Assembly: GCF_009914755.1 (NCBI RefSeq) | Contig: NC_060938.1 | Direction: 5' to 3' (one strand) | DNA length: 64,000 bases | DNA from: the human T2T-CHM13v2.0 reference genome, Homo sapiens | Part shown: positions 1 through 13,400 of the stretch, one piece after another | How positions within the stretch are numbered: the stretch's first letter is position 1 | Layout of the letters: each line of letters begins with the position of its first letter | Translations under genes and position numbers: made by a program | Notes under the pieces: generated by a model | The model's input: the letters and a program-made list of their open reading frames with translations, nothing else | Told to the model about the DNA's origin: nothing | Databases searched by the model: none

Positions 1-3000
1 ATTGATTCCATTCCATTCCATTCCATTCCAGTTGATTCCATTGGATTTGATTCCGTTCCATTCCATTCCATTCCGTTCCATTCCATTCCATTCCACTCGA
101 GTTGATTCCAATCCATTCCATTGCATTACATTCCATTTCATTCCAATCGGGTGGATTCGATTCCATTCCATTCCTTTATATTCCACTCCACTCTGGTTGA
201 TTCCATTCCATTCCATTCCATTCCATTCCATTCCATTCCATTCCATTCCATTCTATTGCATTCCATTCCATTCCATTCCATTCCATTCCATTCCATTCCA
301 TTCCACTCGGGTTGATTCCATTCCATTCCATTCCACTCCACTCGGGTTGATTCCATTCCATTCCATTCCATTGTATTCCATTCCATTCCATTCCATTCCA
401 CTCGTGATGATTCCCTTACATTCCATTCCATTCCATTCCAGTTGGGTTGACTCTATTCCGTTCCTTTCCATTTCATTCCATAACATTCCATTCCATTCCA
501 TTCCATTCCGTTCCATTCCATTCGTGTTGATTCCATTCCATTCCATTCCACTCCATTCCAATCCATTATATTCCAATCGGATTGAATCCATTCCTTTCGA
601 TTCCAATCCATTCCATTCCTTTCCAATCCATTCCATTCTATTCATTTCCACTTGGATTCAATCTATTCTTTCCATGCCATTCCGTTCTGTTCCATTCCAT
701 TCCATTGCATTAGATACCATTCCACTCCACTCGGGATGATTCCATTCAATTCCATTATATTCCGTTCAATTCCATTCCATTCCATTCCATTCCATTCCAT
801 TCCACTCGGGTTGATTCCATTCTATTCCTTTCCATTTCATTCCATTCCATTGCATTCCATTCCATTCCATTCCATTCCACTCCATTACATTCCACTCCAC
901 TCCTGTTGATTCCATTCCATTCCATTCCATTCCATTTCATTCCATTACATTTCACTCGGGTTGATTCTATTCCATTCCATTCCATTTTATTCAATTCCAT
1001 TCCGTTCCATTCCATTCCATCCCACACCATTCCACTCAGGTTGATTCCATACCATTCCATTCCATTCCATTCCATGAAATTCCATTCCATTCCATTCCAC
1101 TCGGGTTGATTACTTTCCATTCCATTCCATTCCATTCCATTAAATTCCATTCGGGTTTATTCCATTCCATTCCATTCCATTCCATTCCATTCCATTCCAC
1201 TCCATTCCATTCCATTCCACTGCATTCCATTCCATTCCATTCCACTCGGGTTGATTTCATTCCATTCCATTCCAATCCATTCCATTCCATTCCATTCCAT
1301 TCCATTCCATTCCATACCATTCCACCAAAGTTGATTGCATGCTATTCCATTCCATACCATTCCATTCCATTCCATTCCATTCCATTCCATTCCATTCCAT
1401 TCCTTTCCACTTGGGGTGATTCCATTCCATTCAATTCCGTTCCATTCTGTCCCGTTCCATTCCATTCCATTTTATTACATTTCATTCCATTGCATTCCAC
1501 TCGGGTTGATTCCATTCCATTCCATTCCATACCATTGCACTCCATTCCATTCCATACACTTCGGGTTGATTCCTTTCCATTCCATTCCATTCTATACAAT
1601 TCCACTCCATTCCGTTCCATTCCATTCGGGTTGATTCCGTTCCATTCCATGCCCTTTTATTCCATTCCTTTCCTTTCCATTCCATTCCATTCCATTCCAT
1701 TCCATTCCATTCCATTCCACCAAAGTTGATTACATGTTATTCCATTCCTTTCCGTTTCATTCCGTTCCATTCCATTCCTTTCCATTCCATTCCTTTCCAC
1801 TCGGGTTGATTCCATTCTATTCAATTCCGTTCTGTTCCGTTCCGTTCCGTTCCATTCCATTCCATTTCTTTCCATTGCATTGCACTCGAGTTGATTCCGT
1901 TCCTTTCCATTCCATTCCATTCCATTCCATTCCATTCCATTCCATTCCATTCCATTCCGTTCCACTGGGCTTGATTCCATGCCATTCCATTCCATTTTTT
2001 CCACTCCAGTCTGGTTGATTCCATTCCATTCCATTCCATTCCAGTTGATTCCATTCCATTCCATTGCATTCCATTCCATTCCATTCAGGTTGATTCAGTT
2101 CCTGCCCGTTCCTTTCCATTGCATTCCATTCCAGTTGATTTCATTGCATTCCATTCCATTCAAATGCATTCCATTCCATTCCATTCCAATCCATTCCATT
2201 CCATTCGGGTTCATTCCATTCCATTCCATTCCGTTCCATTCCATTCCATTCCATTCCAATCCATTCCATTGCATTCCACTCGGGTTGATTCCATTCCATT
2301 CCATTCCATTCCATTCCATTCCATTCCATTCGGGTTGATTCCTTTCCATTCAATTCCATTCCATACCATTCGATTCCATTCCGTTCCATTCCATTCGTTT
2401 TGATTCTATTCCATTCCATTCCATTCCACTCCATCCATAACCATTACATTCCAGTCGGGTGAATCCATTCCATTGCATTCCAATCCCTTCCATTCCATTC
2501 CAATCCATTCCATTCCATTCAATTCCACCCGGATTCAGTCTATTCCATTCCATTCTATTCCTTTATGTTCCATTGCATTCCATACCATTCCATTCCACTC
2601 AGGATGATTCCATTCCATTCCATTCCATTCCATTCCATTCTGTTCCATTCCATCGCATTCCATTCCATTCCATTCCACGCATGTTGATTCCATTCCATTC
2701 CATTCTGTTCCACTCCACTCGGGGAGATTCCTTTCCGTTCCTTTCCATTTCATTCCATTCCATTCCATTCCATTCAATACCACTCCATTCCGTTGTATTC
2801 CACTCCGGTTGATTCCTTTCCATTCCATTCCGTTCCATTTCACTTGGGTTGATTCCATTCCATTACTTTCCATTTTATTCCATTCCATTCCGTTCTATTC
2901 CATTCCATTCCATACCATTCCACTCGGGTTCATTCCATACCATTCCATTCCATTCCATTCCATTCCATTCCATTCCATTCGGGTCGATTCCATTCCCATC

Positions 3001-3061
3001 CATTCCATTCCATTCCATTCAATTCCATTTCATTCCACTCCATTCCATTACATTCCATTCC

Positions 3062-3840
3062 ACTCTGGTTGATTCCATTCCATTCCATTCCAATGGATTC
3101 CATTCAATTGCTTTCCAAGCCATTCCATTACATTCCATTCCACTCGGGTTGATTCCATTCCATTCCATTCCAATCCATTCCATTCCATTTCTTTCCATTC
3201 CATTGTATTCCATTCCACTCGGGTTGTTTCCATTCCATTCCAGTAATTTCCATTCCATTCCATTCCATTCCATACCATTCCATTCCATTCCATTCCATTC
3301 CATTCCATTCAATTCCACATGGATTCAATGTATTATTTGCATTCCATTCCGTTCTGTTCCATTCCAGTCCATTGCATTAGATACCATTCCATTACACTTG
3401 GGATGATTCCATTCAATTCCATTATATTCCGTTCAATTCCATTGCATTCCATTCCGCTCCATTCCACTCTGGTTGATTCCATTCCTTTCCATTCCAATCG
3501 ATTCCATTCCATTGCTTTCCAAGCCATTCCATTACATTCCATTCCACTCGGGTTGATTCCATTGCATTCCATTCCAATCCATTCCATTCCATTTCTTTCC
3601 ATTCCATTGTATTCCATTCCACTCGGGTTGTTTCCATTCCATTCCAGTAATTTCCATTCCATTCCATTCTATTCCATACCATTCCATTCCATTCCATTCA
3701 ATTCCACATGGATTCAATTTATTCTTTGCATTCCATTCCGTTCTGTTCCATTCCAGTCCATTGCATTAGATACCATTCCATTACACTTGGGATGATTCCA
3801 TTCAATTTCATTATATTCCGTTCAATTCCATTGCATTCCA
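3062..3840 (+). repeat. Local tandem duplication, ~390-405 bp unit
   Basis: Rare markers TTGCTTTCCAAGCC (~3107, ~3512), CCAGTAATTTCC (~3240, ~3644) and CCACATGGATTCAA (~3315, ~3704). ORF starts 3319 and 3708 are offset by 389. Confidence 0.85.
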
Positions 3841-4029
3841 TTCCATTCCATTCCATTCCATTCCATTCTATTCAATTCCATTCCATTCCATTCCACTTTT
3901 TTTGATTCCATTCCGTTCCTTTCCATTCCATTCCATTCCACTCCATTCCATTCCATTACATTCCATTCCACTCGGGTTGATTCCATTCCATTCCATTCCA
4001 ATCCATTCCATTCCATTCCATTCCATTCC

Positions 4030-5530
4030 ATTCCATTCCATTCCATTCGGGTTCATTCCATTCCATTCCATCCCGTTCCTTTCCGTTCCATTCCATTTGA
4101 TTCCATTCCATTGCATTCCGTTCCATTCCATTCCAATCCATTCCATTCCATTCCATTCCATTACACTCTGGTAGATTCCATACCATTCCATTCCATTCAT
4201 TCCTTTCCATTCCATTCCATTCCAGTCGGGTTGATTCCATTCCATTCCTTTCCATTCCATTCCATTCCTTTCCACTCCATTCCTCTCGGGTTGATTCCGT
4301 TGCATTCCATTCCATTCCAATGCACTTGGGTTGATTCCAGTCCCAACCATTCCATTCCATTCATTTACATTACCCTCTGGTTGATTCCATAGCATTCCAT
4401 TCCATTCCATTCCATTCCATTCCATCACATTTGGGTTGATTCCATTCCATTCCTTTCCACTCCATTCCATTCCTTTCTACTCCATTCCATTCCATTCCAT
4501 TCCACCCGGATTGATTCCATTCCATTCCATTCCATTCCATTCCATTCCATTCCATTCCATTCCAGTTGATTCCATTGGATTCAATTCCGTTCCATTCCAT
4601 TCCATTCCATTCCGTTCCATTCCATTCCACTCGAGTTGATTCCAATCCATTCCATTGCATTACAATCCATTTCATTCCAATCTGATGGATTCCATTCCAT
4701 TCCATTCCATTCCACTCGGGTTGATTCCATTCCGTTCCATTCCATTCCATTCCATTCCATTCCATTCCATTCCATTCCATTCCATTGCATTCCATTCCAT
4801 TCGGGTTCATTCCATTCCATTCCATTCCGTTCCTTTCCGTTCCATTCCATTTGATTCCATTCCATTGCATTCCGTTCCATTCCATTCCAATCCATTCCAT
4901 TCCATTCCATTCCATTCCACTCTGGTTGATTCCATACCATTCCACTCCATTCACTCCTTTCCATTCCATTCCATTCCAGTCGGGTTGATTCCATTCCATT
5001 CCTTTCCATTCCATTCCATTCCTTTCCATTCCATTCCTCTCGGGTTGATTCCGTTGCATTCCATTCCATTCCAATGCACTTGGGTTGATTCCAGTCCCAA
5101 CCATTCCATTCCATTCATTTACATTACCCTCCGGTTGATTCCATAGCATTCCATTCCATTCCATTCCATTCCATTCCATCACATTTGTGTTGATTCCATT
5201 CCATTCCGTTCCACTCCATTCCATTACATTCTACTCCATTCCTTTCCATTCCATTCCACCCGGATTGATTCCATTCCATTCTATTCCATTCCATTCCATT
5301 ACATTACATTCCATTACATTCCATTCCAGTTGATTCCATTGGATTCAATTCCGTTCCATTCCATTCCATTCCATTCCATTCCGTTCCATTCCATTCCACT
5401 CGAGTTGATTCCAATCCATTCCATTGCATTACATTCCATTTCATTCCAATCTGGTAGATTCCATTCCATTCCATTCCATTCCACTCGGTTTGATTCCATT
5501 CCGTTCCGTTCCATTCCATTCCATTCCATT
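4030..5530 (+). repeat. Local tandem duplication, ~754-770 bp unit
   Basis: AATGCACTTGGGTTGATTCCAGTCCCAACC at ~4319 and ~5073. ORF ends 4360/5114, 4392/5146 and 4470/5224 are all offset by 754. Confidence 0.9.
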
Positions 5531-8500
5531 CCATTCCATTCCATTCCGTTTCATTCCATTCGTGTTGATTCTATTCCATTCCACACCAATCCATTCCTTT
5601 CCATTCCAATCCATTCCATTCCATTCAATTCCACTCACATTCAATCTATTTCATTCCATTTCATTCCATTCTGTTCCATTCCATTCTATTGGATTCCATA
5701 CCATTCCATTCCACTCGGGATGATTCCATTCCCTACCATTATATTCCGTTCCATTCCATTCCATTCCATTCCACTCGGGTTGATTCCATTCCTTTCCATT
5801 CCATTTCATTCCATTCCACTCAGGTTGTTTCCATTCCATTCCTTTCCATTTAGTTCTATTCCATTCCATTCTATTCCATTCGATTCCACTCCATTCCATT
5901 CCATTCCTCTCCGGTTATTCCATTCCATTGCATTCCATTCCACTCGGGTTTTTTCCATTCCATTCGATTCCATTTTTTTCCATTACATTCCGTTCCATTC
6001 CATTCCATTCTATACCATTCCACTCAGGTTGATTCCATACCATTCTATTCCATTCCAATCCTTTAAATTCCATTCCATTCCATTCCACTCGGGTAGATTC
6101 CATTCCATTCCATTCCAATCCATTCCATTCCATTCAATTCCATGCGCATTCAATCTATTCCATTCCATTTCATTCCGTTCTGTTCCATTCCATTCTATTG
6201 GATTCCATACCATTCCATTCCACTCGGGATGATTCCATTCCATTCCATTATATTCCGTTGGATTCCATTCCATTCCATTCCACTCGGGTTGATTCCATTC
6301 CACTCCATTCCATTCCACTCGGGTTGTTTCCATTCCATTCCTTTCCATTTAATTCTATTCCATTCCATTCCATACCGTTCTATTCCAATCAATTCCACTC
6401 CATTCCATTCCATTCCTCTCCGGTTATTCCATTCCATTGCATTCCATTCCACTCGGGTTGTTTCCATTCCATTCCATTCCATTTTGTTCCATTCCATTCC
6501 GTTCCATCACATTCCATTCGATACCATTCCACTCGGATTGATTCCATACCATTCTATTCCATTCCACTCCATTAAATTCCATTACATTCCATTCCACTCG
6601 GGTAGATTCCATCCCATTCCATTCCATTCCATTCCATTGCTTTCCATTCCATTCCATTCCATTCCATTCCATTCCATTCCATTCCAATACATTCCACTCT
6701 ACTCCGGTTGATTCCATTCCATTCCATTCCATTCCATTCCATTCCATTCCATTCCATTCCACTCGGGTTGCTTCCATTCCATTCCATTCCATTTTATTCC
6801 ATTCCATTCCGTTGCATTCCATTCCATTCCATACCATTCTACTCGGGTTGATTCCATACCATTCCATTCCATTCCACTCGGTTTTATTCCATTCCATTCC
6901 ATTCCATTCCATTCCATTCCATTCCATTCCATTCCACTGCATTCCAGTCCATTCCATTCCACTCGGGTTGATTCCATTCCGTTCCTTTCCATACCATTCC
7001 ATTCCATCCCATTCCATTCCATTCCATTCCATTCCATTCCATTCCACTCTTGTTGATTCCATTCCGTTCCTTTCCATTCCATTTCATTCCATTCCATTCC
7101 ATTCCATTCCATTCCATTCCATTCTATTCCAGTCTATTTCAATCCATTCCATTCCACTCCACTCCGGTTGATTCCATTCCATTCCATTCCATTCCATTCC
7201 ATTCCATTCCATTCCATTCCATTCCATTCCATAACATTTCACTCAGGGTGATTCCATTCCATTCCATTCCATTTTATTCCATACCATTCCGTTCCATTCC
7301 ATTCCATTCCATTCCATACCATTCCACTCGGGTTGATTCCTTTGCATTCCATTCCATTCCATTCCATTTCATTCCATTCCATGCTATTCCACTCGGGTTG
7401 TTTCCATTTTGTTTTATTCCATTCCATTCCATTCCATTCCATTCCTTTCCATTCCATTCCATTCCATTGCATTCCATTCCATTGCATTCCATTCCACTCG
7501 GGTTATTTCCATTCCTTTCCATTAGTTTCCATTCCATTCCATTCCTTTCCATTCCATTCCATTCTATTCCTTTCCACTCAGGGTAATTCCATTCCATTCC
7601 ATTCCAATGCATTCCATTCCAGTTGATATCATTGCATTGCGTTGTTTCCATTGCATTCCATTCCATTCCATTCCATTCCATTCCATTCCATACCATTCCC
7701 TTCCATTCCATTCCATTCCATTCCATTCCATTCCATTCCATAACATTCCACTCGGGTTGATTCCTTTCCATTCCATTCCATTCCATTCCTTTCCATTTCA
7801 TTCCATTCCATGCCATTCCACTCGGGTTGTTTCCATTTTGTTTTATTCCATTCCATTCCATTCCATTCCATTCCATTCCATTGCATTCCATTCCATGGCA
7901 TTCCATTCCACTCGGGTTATTTCATTTCCATTTCTTTCCATTAGTTTCCATTGGATTCCATTCCTTTCCATTCCATTCCATTTTATTCCTTTCCACTCAG
8001 GGTGTTTCCATTGCATTCCATTCCAATGCATTCGATTCCAGTTGATACAATTGCATTGCGTTGCTTCCATTCCATTCAATTCCGTTCCATTCCACTCAGG
8101 TTCATTCCATTCCTTTCCTTTCCATTGCAATCCATTGCATTCCATTCCATTCTATGTCATTCCATTCCATTCCATTCCAATCCATTCCATTCCATTCCAT
8201 TCCATTCCATTCCATTCCATTCCATTCCATTCGTGTTGATTCCATTCCATTCCACTCCAATCCATTCCATTCCATTCCAATCCTTTCCATTCCATTCAAT
8301 TCCACTCGCATTCAATCTATTCCATTCCATTTCATTCCGTTCTGTTCCATTCCATTCTATTGGATTCCATACCATTCCATTCCACTCGGGATGATTCCAT
8401 TCCATTCCATTATATTCCGTTCGATTCCATTCCATTCCATTCCACTCGGGTTTATTCCATTCCATTCCATTCCATTCCACTCGGGTAGTTTCCATTCCAT

Positions 8501-8760
8501 TCCTTTCCATTTCATTCTATTCCATTCCATTCCATACCATTCTATTCCATTCGATTCCACTCCATTCCATTCCGTTCCTCTCCGGTTATTCCATTCCATT
8601 CCACTCGGGTTGTTTCCATTCCATTCCATTCAATTTTATGCCATTCCATTCCGTTCCATTACATTCCATTCTATACCATTCCACTCGGATTGATTCCATA
8701 CCATTCTATTCCATTCCACTCCATTAAATTCCATTCCATTCCATTCCACTCGGGTAGATT
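4780..8760 (+). repeat. Older diverged copy of ~9290-12720 (period ~4.0-4.5 kb)
   Basis: Near-identical ORFs 6195..6497/10229..10531, 6198/10232 and 6424/10458 (offset 4034), and 7239/11263 (offset 4024). The 5073 marker recurs at ~9566. Confidence 0.8.
5610..6620 (+). repeat. Local tandem duplication, ~510 bp unit
   Basis: CATTCAATCTATT (~5638, ~6147), TATTGGATTCCATACC and CCTCTCCGGTTATTCC (~5905, ~6415) each recur ~510 bp apart. Confidence 0.8.
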
Positions 8761-10439
8761 CCATTCCATTCCATTCCATTCCATTCCATTCCATTAGTTT
8801 CTAATCGGGTTGATTCCAATCCATTCAATTATATTCAAGTCCTTTCCATTCCATGCCATTCCACTCGGGTTGTTTCCATTTTGTTTTATTCCATTCCATT
8901 CCATTCCATTCCATTCCATTCCATTCCATTCCATTCCATTGCCTTCCATTCCATTGCCTTCCATTCCACTCGGGTTATTTCCATTCCTTTCCATTAGTTT
9001 TCATTCCATTCCATTCCTTTCCATTCCATTCCATTCTATTCCTTTCCACTCAGGGTGATTCCATTCCATTCCATTCCAATGCATTCCATTCCAATGCATT
9101 CTATTCCAGTTGATACCATTGCATTGCGTTGTTTCCATTCCATTCCATTCCATTCCATTTCACTCGGGTTCATTACATTCCGTTCCTTTCCATTGCAGTC
9201 CATTGCATTCCATTCCATTGCATTGCATTCCATTCCATTCCATTCCAATCCATTCCATTCCATACAATTTCATTCCATTCCATTCCATTCCATTCCATTC
9301 GGGTTCATTCCATTCCATTCCATTCCATTCCTTTCCGTTCCATTCCATTCGATTCCATTCCTTTGCATTACGTTCCATTCCATTCCAATCCATTCCATTC
9401 CATTCCATTCCACTCGGGTTGATTCCATACCATTCCATTCCATTCATTCCTTTCCATTCCATTCCAGTCCAGTCGGGTTGATTCCATTGCATTCCTTTCC
9501 ATTCCATTCCATTCCTTTCCATTCCATTCCTCTCGGGTTGATTCCGTTGCATTCCATTCCATTCCAATGCACTTGGGTTGATTCCAGTCCCTACCATTCG
9601 ATTCCATTCCATTCTATTCATTTACATTACACTCCGGTTGATTCCATAGCATTCCATTCCATTCCATTCCATTCCATCTCATTAGGGTTGATTCCATTCC
9701 ATTCCATTCCATTCCATTCCTTTCCATTCCATTCCGTTCCATTCCAATCGGGTTGATTCCAATCCATTCCATTCCATTCCACTCCATTCTAATCCATTCT
9801 ACTCCATTCCATTCCATTCCATTCTACCCAGATTGATTCCATTCCATTCCATTCCATTCCATTCCATTCCATTCCATTCCAGTTGATTCCATTGGATTTG
9901 ACTCCGTTCCATTCCATTCCATTCCGTTCCATTCCATTCCACTCGAGTTGATTCCAATCCATTCCACTGCATTACATTCCATTTCATTCCATTCCGGAGG
10001 ATTCCATTCCATTCAACTCGGGTGGATTCCATTCCATTCCTTTCCATTCCATCCCATTCCATTCCATTCCATCCCATTCCATTCCATTCCGTTCCATTCC
10101 ACTCGTGTTGATTCCGTTCCAATCCACTCCAATCCATTCCATTCCATTCCAATCCATTCCATTCCATTCAATTCCACGCGCATTCAATCTATTCCATTCC
10201 ATTTCATTCCGTTCTGTTCCATTCCATTCTATTGGATTCCATACCATTCCATTCCACTCGGGATGATTCCATTCCATTCCATTATATTCCGTTGGATTCC
10301 ATTCCATTCCATTCCACTCGGGTTGATTCCATTCCACTCCATTCCATTCCACTCGGGTTGTTTCCATTCCATTACTTTCCATTTAATTCTATTCCATTCC
10401 ATTCCATACCATTCTATTCCAATCGATTCCACTCCATTC

Positions 10440-13400
10440 CATTCCATTCCTCTCCGGTTATTCCATTCCATTGCATTCCATTCCACTCGGGTTGTTTCTA
10501 TTCCATTCCATTCCATTTTGTTCCATTCCATTCCGTTCCATCACATTCCATTCGATACCATTCCACTCGGATTGATTCCATACCATTCTATTCCATTCCA
10601 CTCCATTAAATTCCATTCCATTCCATTCCACTCGGGTAGATTCCATCCCATTCCATTCCATTCCATTCCATTCCATTCCATTCCATTCCAATACATTCCA
10701 CTCCACTCCGGTTGATTCCATTCCATTCCATTCCATTCCGTTCCATTCCATTCCATTCCATTCCATTCCATTCCACTCGGGTTGCTTCCATTCCATTCCA
10801 TTCCATTTTATTCCATCCCATTCCGTTCCATTCCATTCCATTCCATACCATTCCACTCGGGTTGATTCCATACCATTCCATTCCATTGCACTCGGTTTGA
10901 TAACTTTCCATTCCATTCCATTCCATTCCATTGCATTCCATTCCATTCCACTGCATTCCAGTCCATTCCATTCCACTTGGGTTGATTCCATTCCGTTCCT
11001 TTCCATTCCATTCCATTCCATCCCATTCCATTCCATTCCATTCCATTCCATTCCATTCCATTCCACTCTGGTTGATTCCATTCCATTCCTTTCCATTCCA
11101 TTTCATTCCATTCCATTCCATTCCATTCCATTCCATTCCATTCCATTCCAGTCTATTCCAATCCATTCCATTCCACTCCACTCCGGTTGATTCCATTCCA
11201 TTCCATTCCATTCCATTCCATTCCATTCCATTCCATTCCATTCCATTCCATTCCATTCCATTTCACTCAGGGTGATTCCATTCCATTCCATTCCATTTTA
11301 TTCCATACCATTCCGTTCCATTCCATTCCATTCCATTCCATACCATTCCACTCGGGTTGATTCCTTTCCATTCCATTCCATTCCATTCCTTTTCATTCCA
11401 TTCCATGCCATTCCACTTGGGTTGTTTCCATTTTGTTTTATTCCATTCCATTCCATTCCATTCCTTTCCATTCCATTCCATTCCATTCCATTGCATTCCA
11501 TTACATTGCATTCCATTCCACTCGGGTTATTTCCATTCCTTTCCATTAGTTTCCATTCCATTCCATTCCTTTCCATTCCATTCCATTCTATTCCTTTCCA
11601 CTCAGGGTGATTCCATTCCATTCCATTCCATTGCATTCCATTCCAGTTGATACCATTGCATTGCGTTGTTTCCATTCCATTCCATTCCTTTCCATTCCAT
11701 TCCATGCCATTCCCTTCCATTCCATTCCATTCCATTACATTCCATACCATTCCACTCGGGTTGATTCCTTTCCATTCCATTCCATTCCATTCCTTTCCAT
11801 TTCATTCCATTGCATGCCATTCCAATTCATTCCATTCCACCCGGGTTATTTCCATTCCTTTCCATTAGTTTCCATTGCATTCCATTCCTTTCCATTCCAT
11901 TCCATTCTATTCCTTTCCACTGAGGGTGATTCCATTCCATTCCATTCCAATGCATTCGATTCCAGTTGATACCATTGCATTGCGTTGCTTCCATTCCATT
12001 CAATTCTGCTCCATTCCACTCGGGTTCATTCCATTCCTTTCCTTTCCATTGCAATCCATTGCATTCCATTCCATTCTATTCCATTCCATTCCATTCCATT
12101 CCAATCCATTCCATTCCATTCCATTCCATTCCATTCCATTCCATTCCATTCCTTTCCATTCCGTTCGTGTTGATTCCATTCCATTCCACTCCAATCCATT
12201 CCATTCCATTCCAATCCATTCCATTCCATTCAATTCCACTCGCATTCAATCTATTCCATTCCATTTCATTCCGTTCTGTTCCATTCCATTCTATTGGATT
12301 CCATACCATTCCATTCCACTCGGGATGATTCCATTCCATTCCATTATATTCCGTTCGATTCTATTCCATTCCATTCCACTCGGGTTTATTCCATTCCATT
12401 CCATTCCATTCCACTCGGGTAGTTTCCATTCCATTCCTTTCCATTTCATTCTATTCCATTCCATTCCATACCATTCTATTCCATTCGATTCCACTCCATT
12501 CCATTCCATTCCTCTCCGGTTATTCCATTCCATTGCATTCCATTCCTCTCGGGTTGTTTCCATTCCATTCCATTCCATTTTATTCCATGCCATTCGGTTC
12601 CATTACATTCCATTCGATACCATTCCACTCGGATCGATTCCGTACCATTCTATTCCATTCCACTCCATTAAATTCCATTCCATTCCATTCCATTCGGGTA
12701 GATTCCATTCCATTCCATTCCATTCCGTTCGGTTCCATTCCATTCCATTCCATTCCATTCCATTCCATTCCATTCCATTCCATTCCATACCATTCTATTC
12801 CACTCTGGTTGATTCCATTCCATTCCTTTCCATTTCATTCCATTCCATTCCATTCCATTCCAATCCATTCCATTGCAATCCACTCTGGTTGATTCCATTC
12901 CATTCCATCCCATTCCATTCCATTCCATTCCATTCCATTCCACGCGGGTTTATTCCATTCCATTCCATTCCATTTTATTCCATTCCATTCCGTTCCATTC
13001 CATTCCAATCCATACCATTCCACTCGGGTTGATTCCATACCATTCCATTCCTTTCCACTCGGGTTGATTCCTTTCCATTCCATTCCATTCCACTCCATTC
13101 CATTCCATTCCTTTCCACTCGGGTTCATTCTATTGCATTCCATTCCACTCCACTCTGGTTGATTTCATTCCATTCCATTCCATTCCATTCCATTCCATTC
13201 CACTCCATTCCATTCCATTCCATTGCATTCTATTCCATTGCATTCCTTTCCATTCCATTCCACTCGTGTTGATTCCCTTCCATTCCATTCCATTCCATTC
13301 CACTTGGGTTGATTCCATTCCGTTCCTTTCCATTTCATTTCATACCATTCCATTCCATTCCATTCCATTCTGTTCCATTCCGTTTGTGTTGATTCCATTC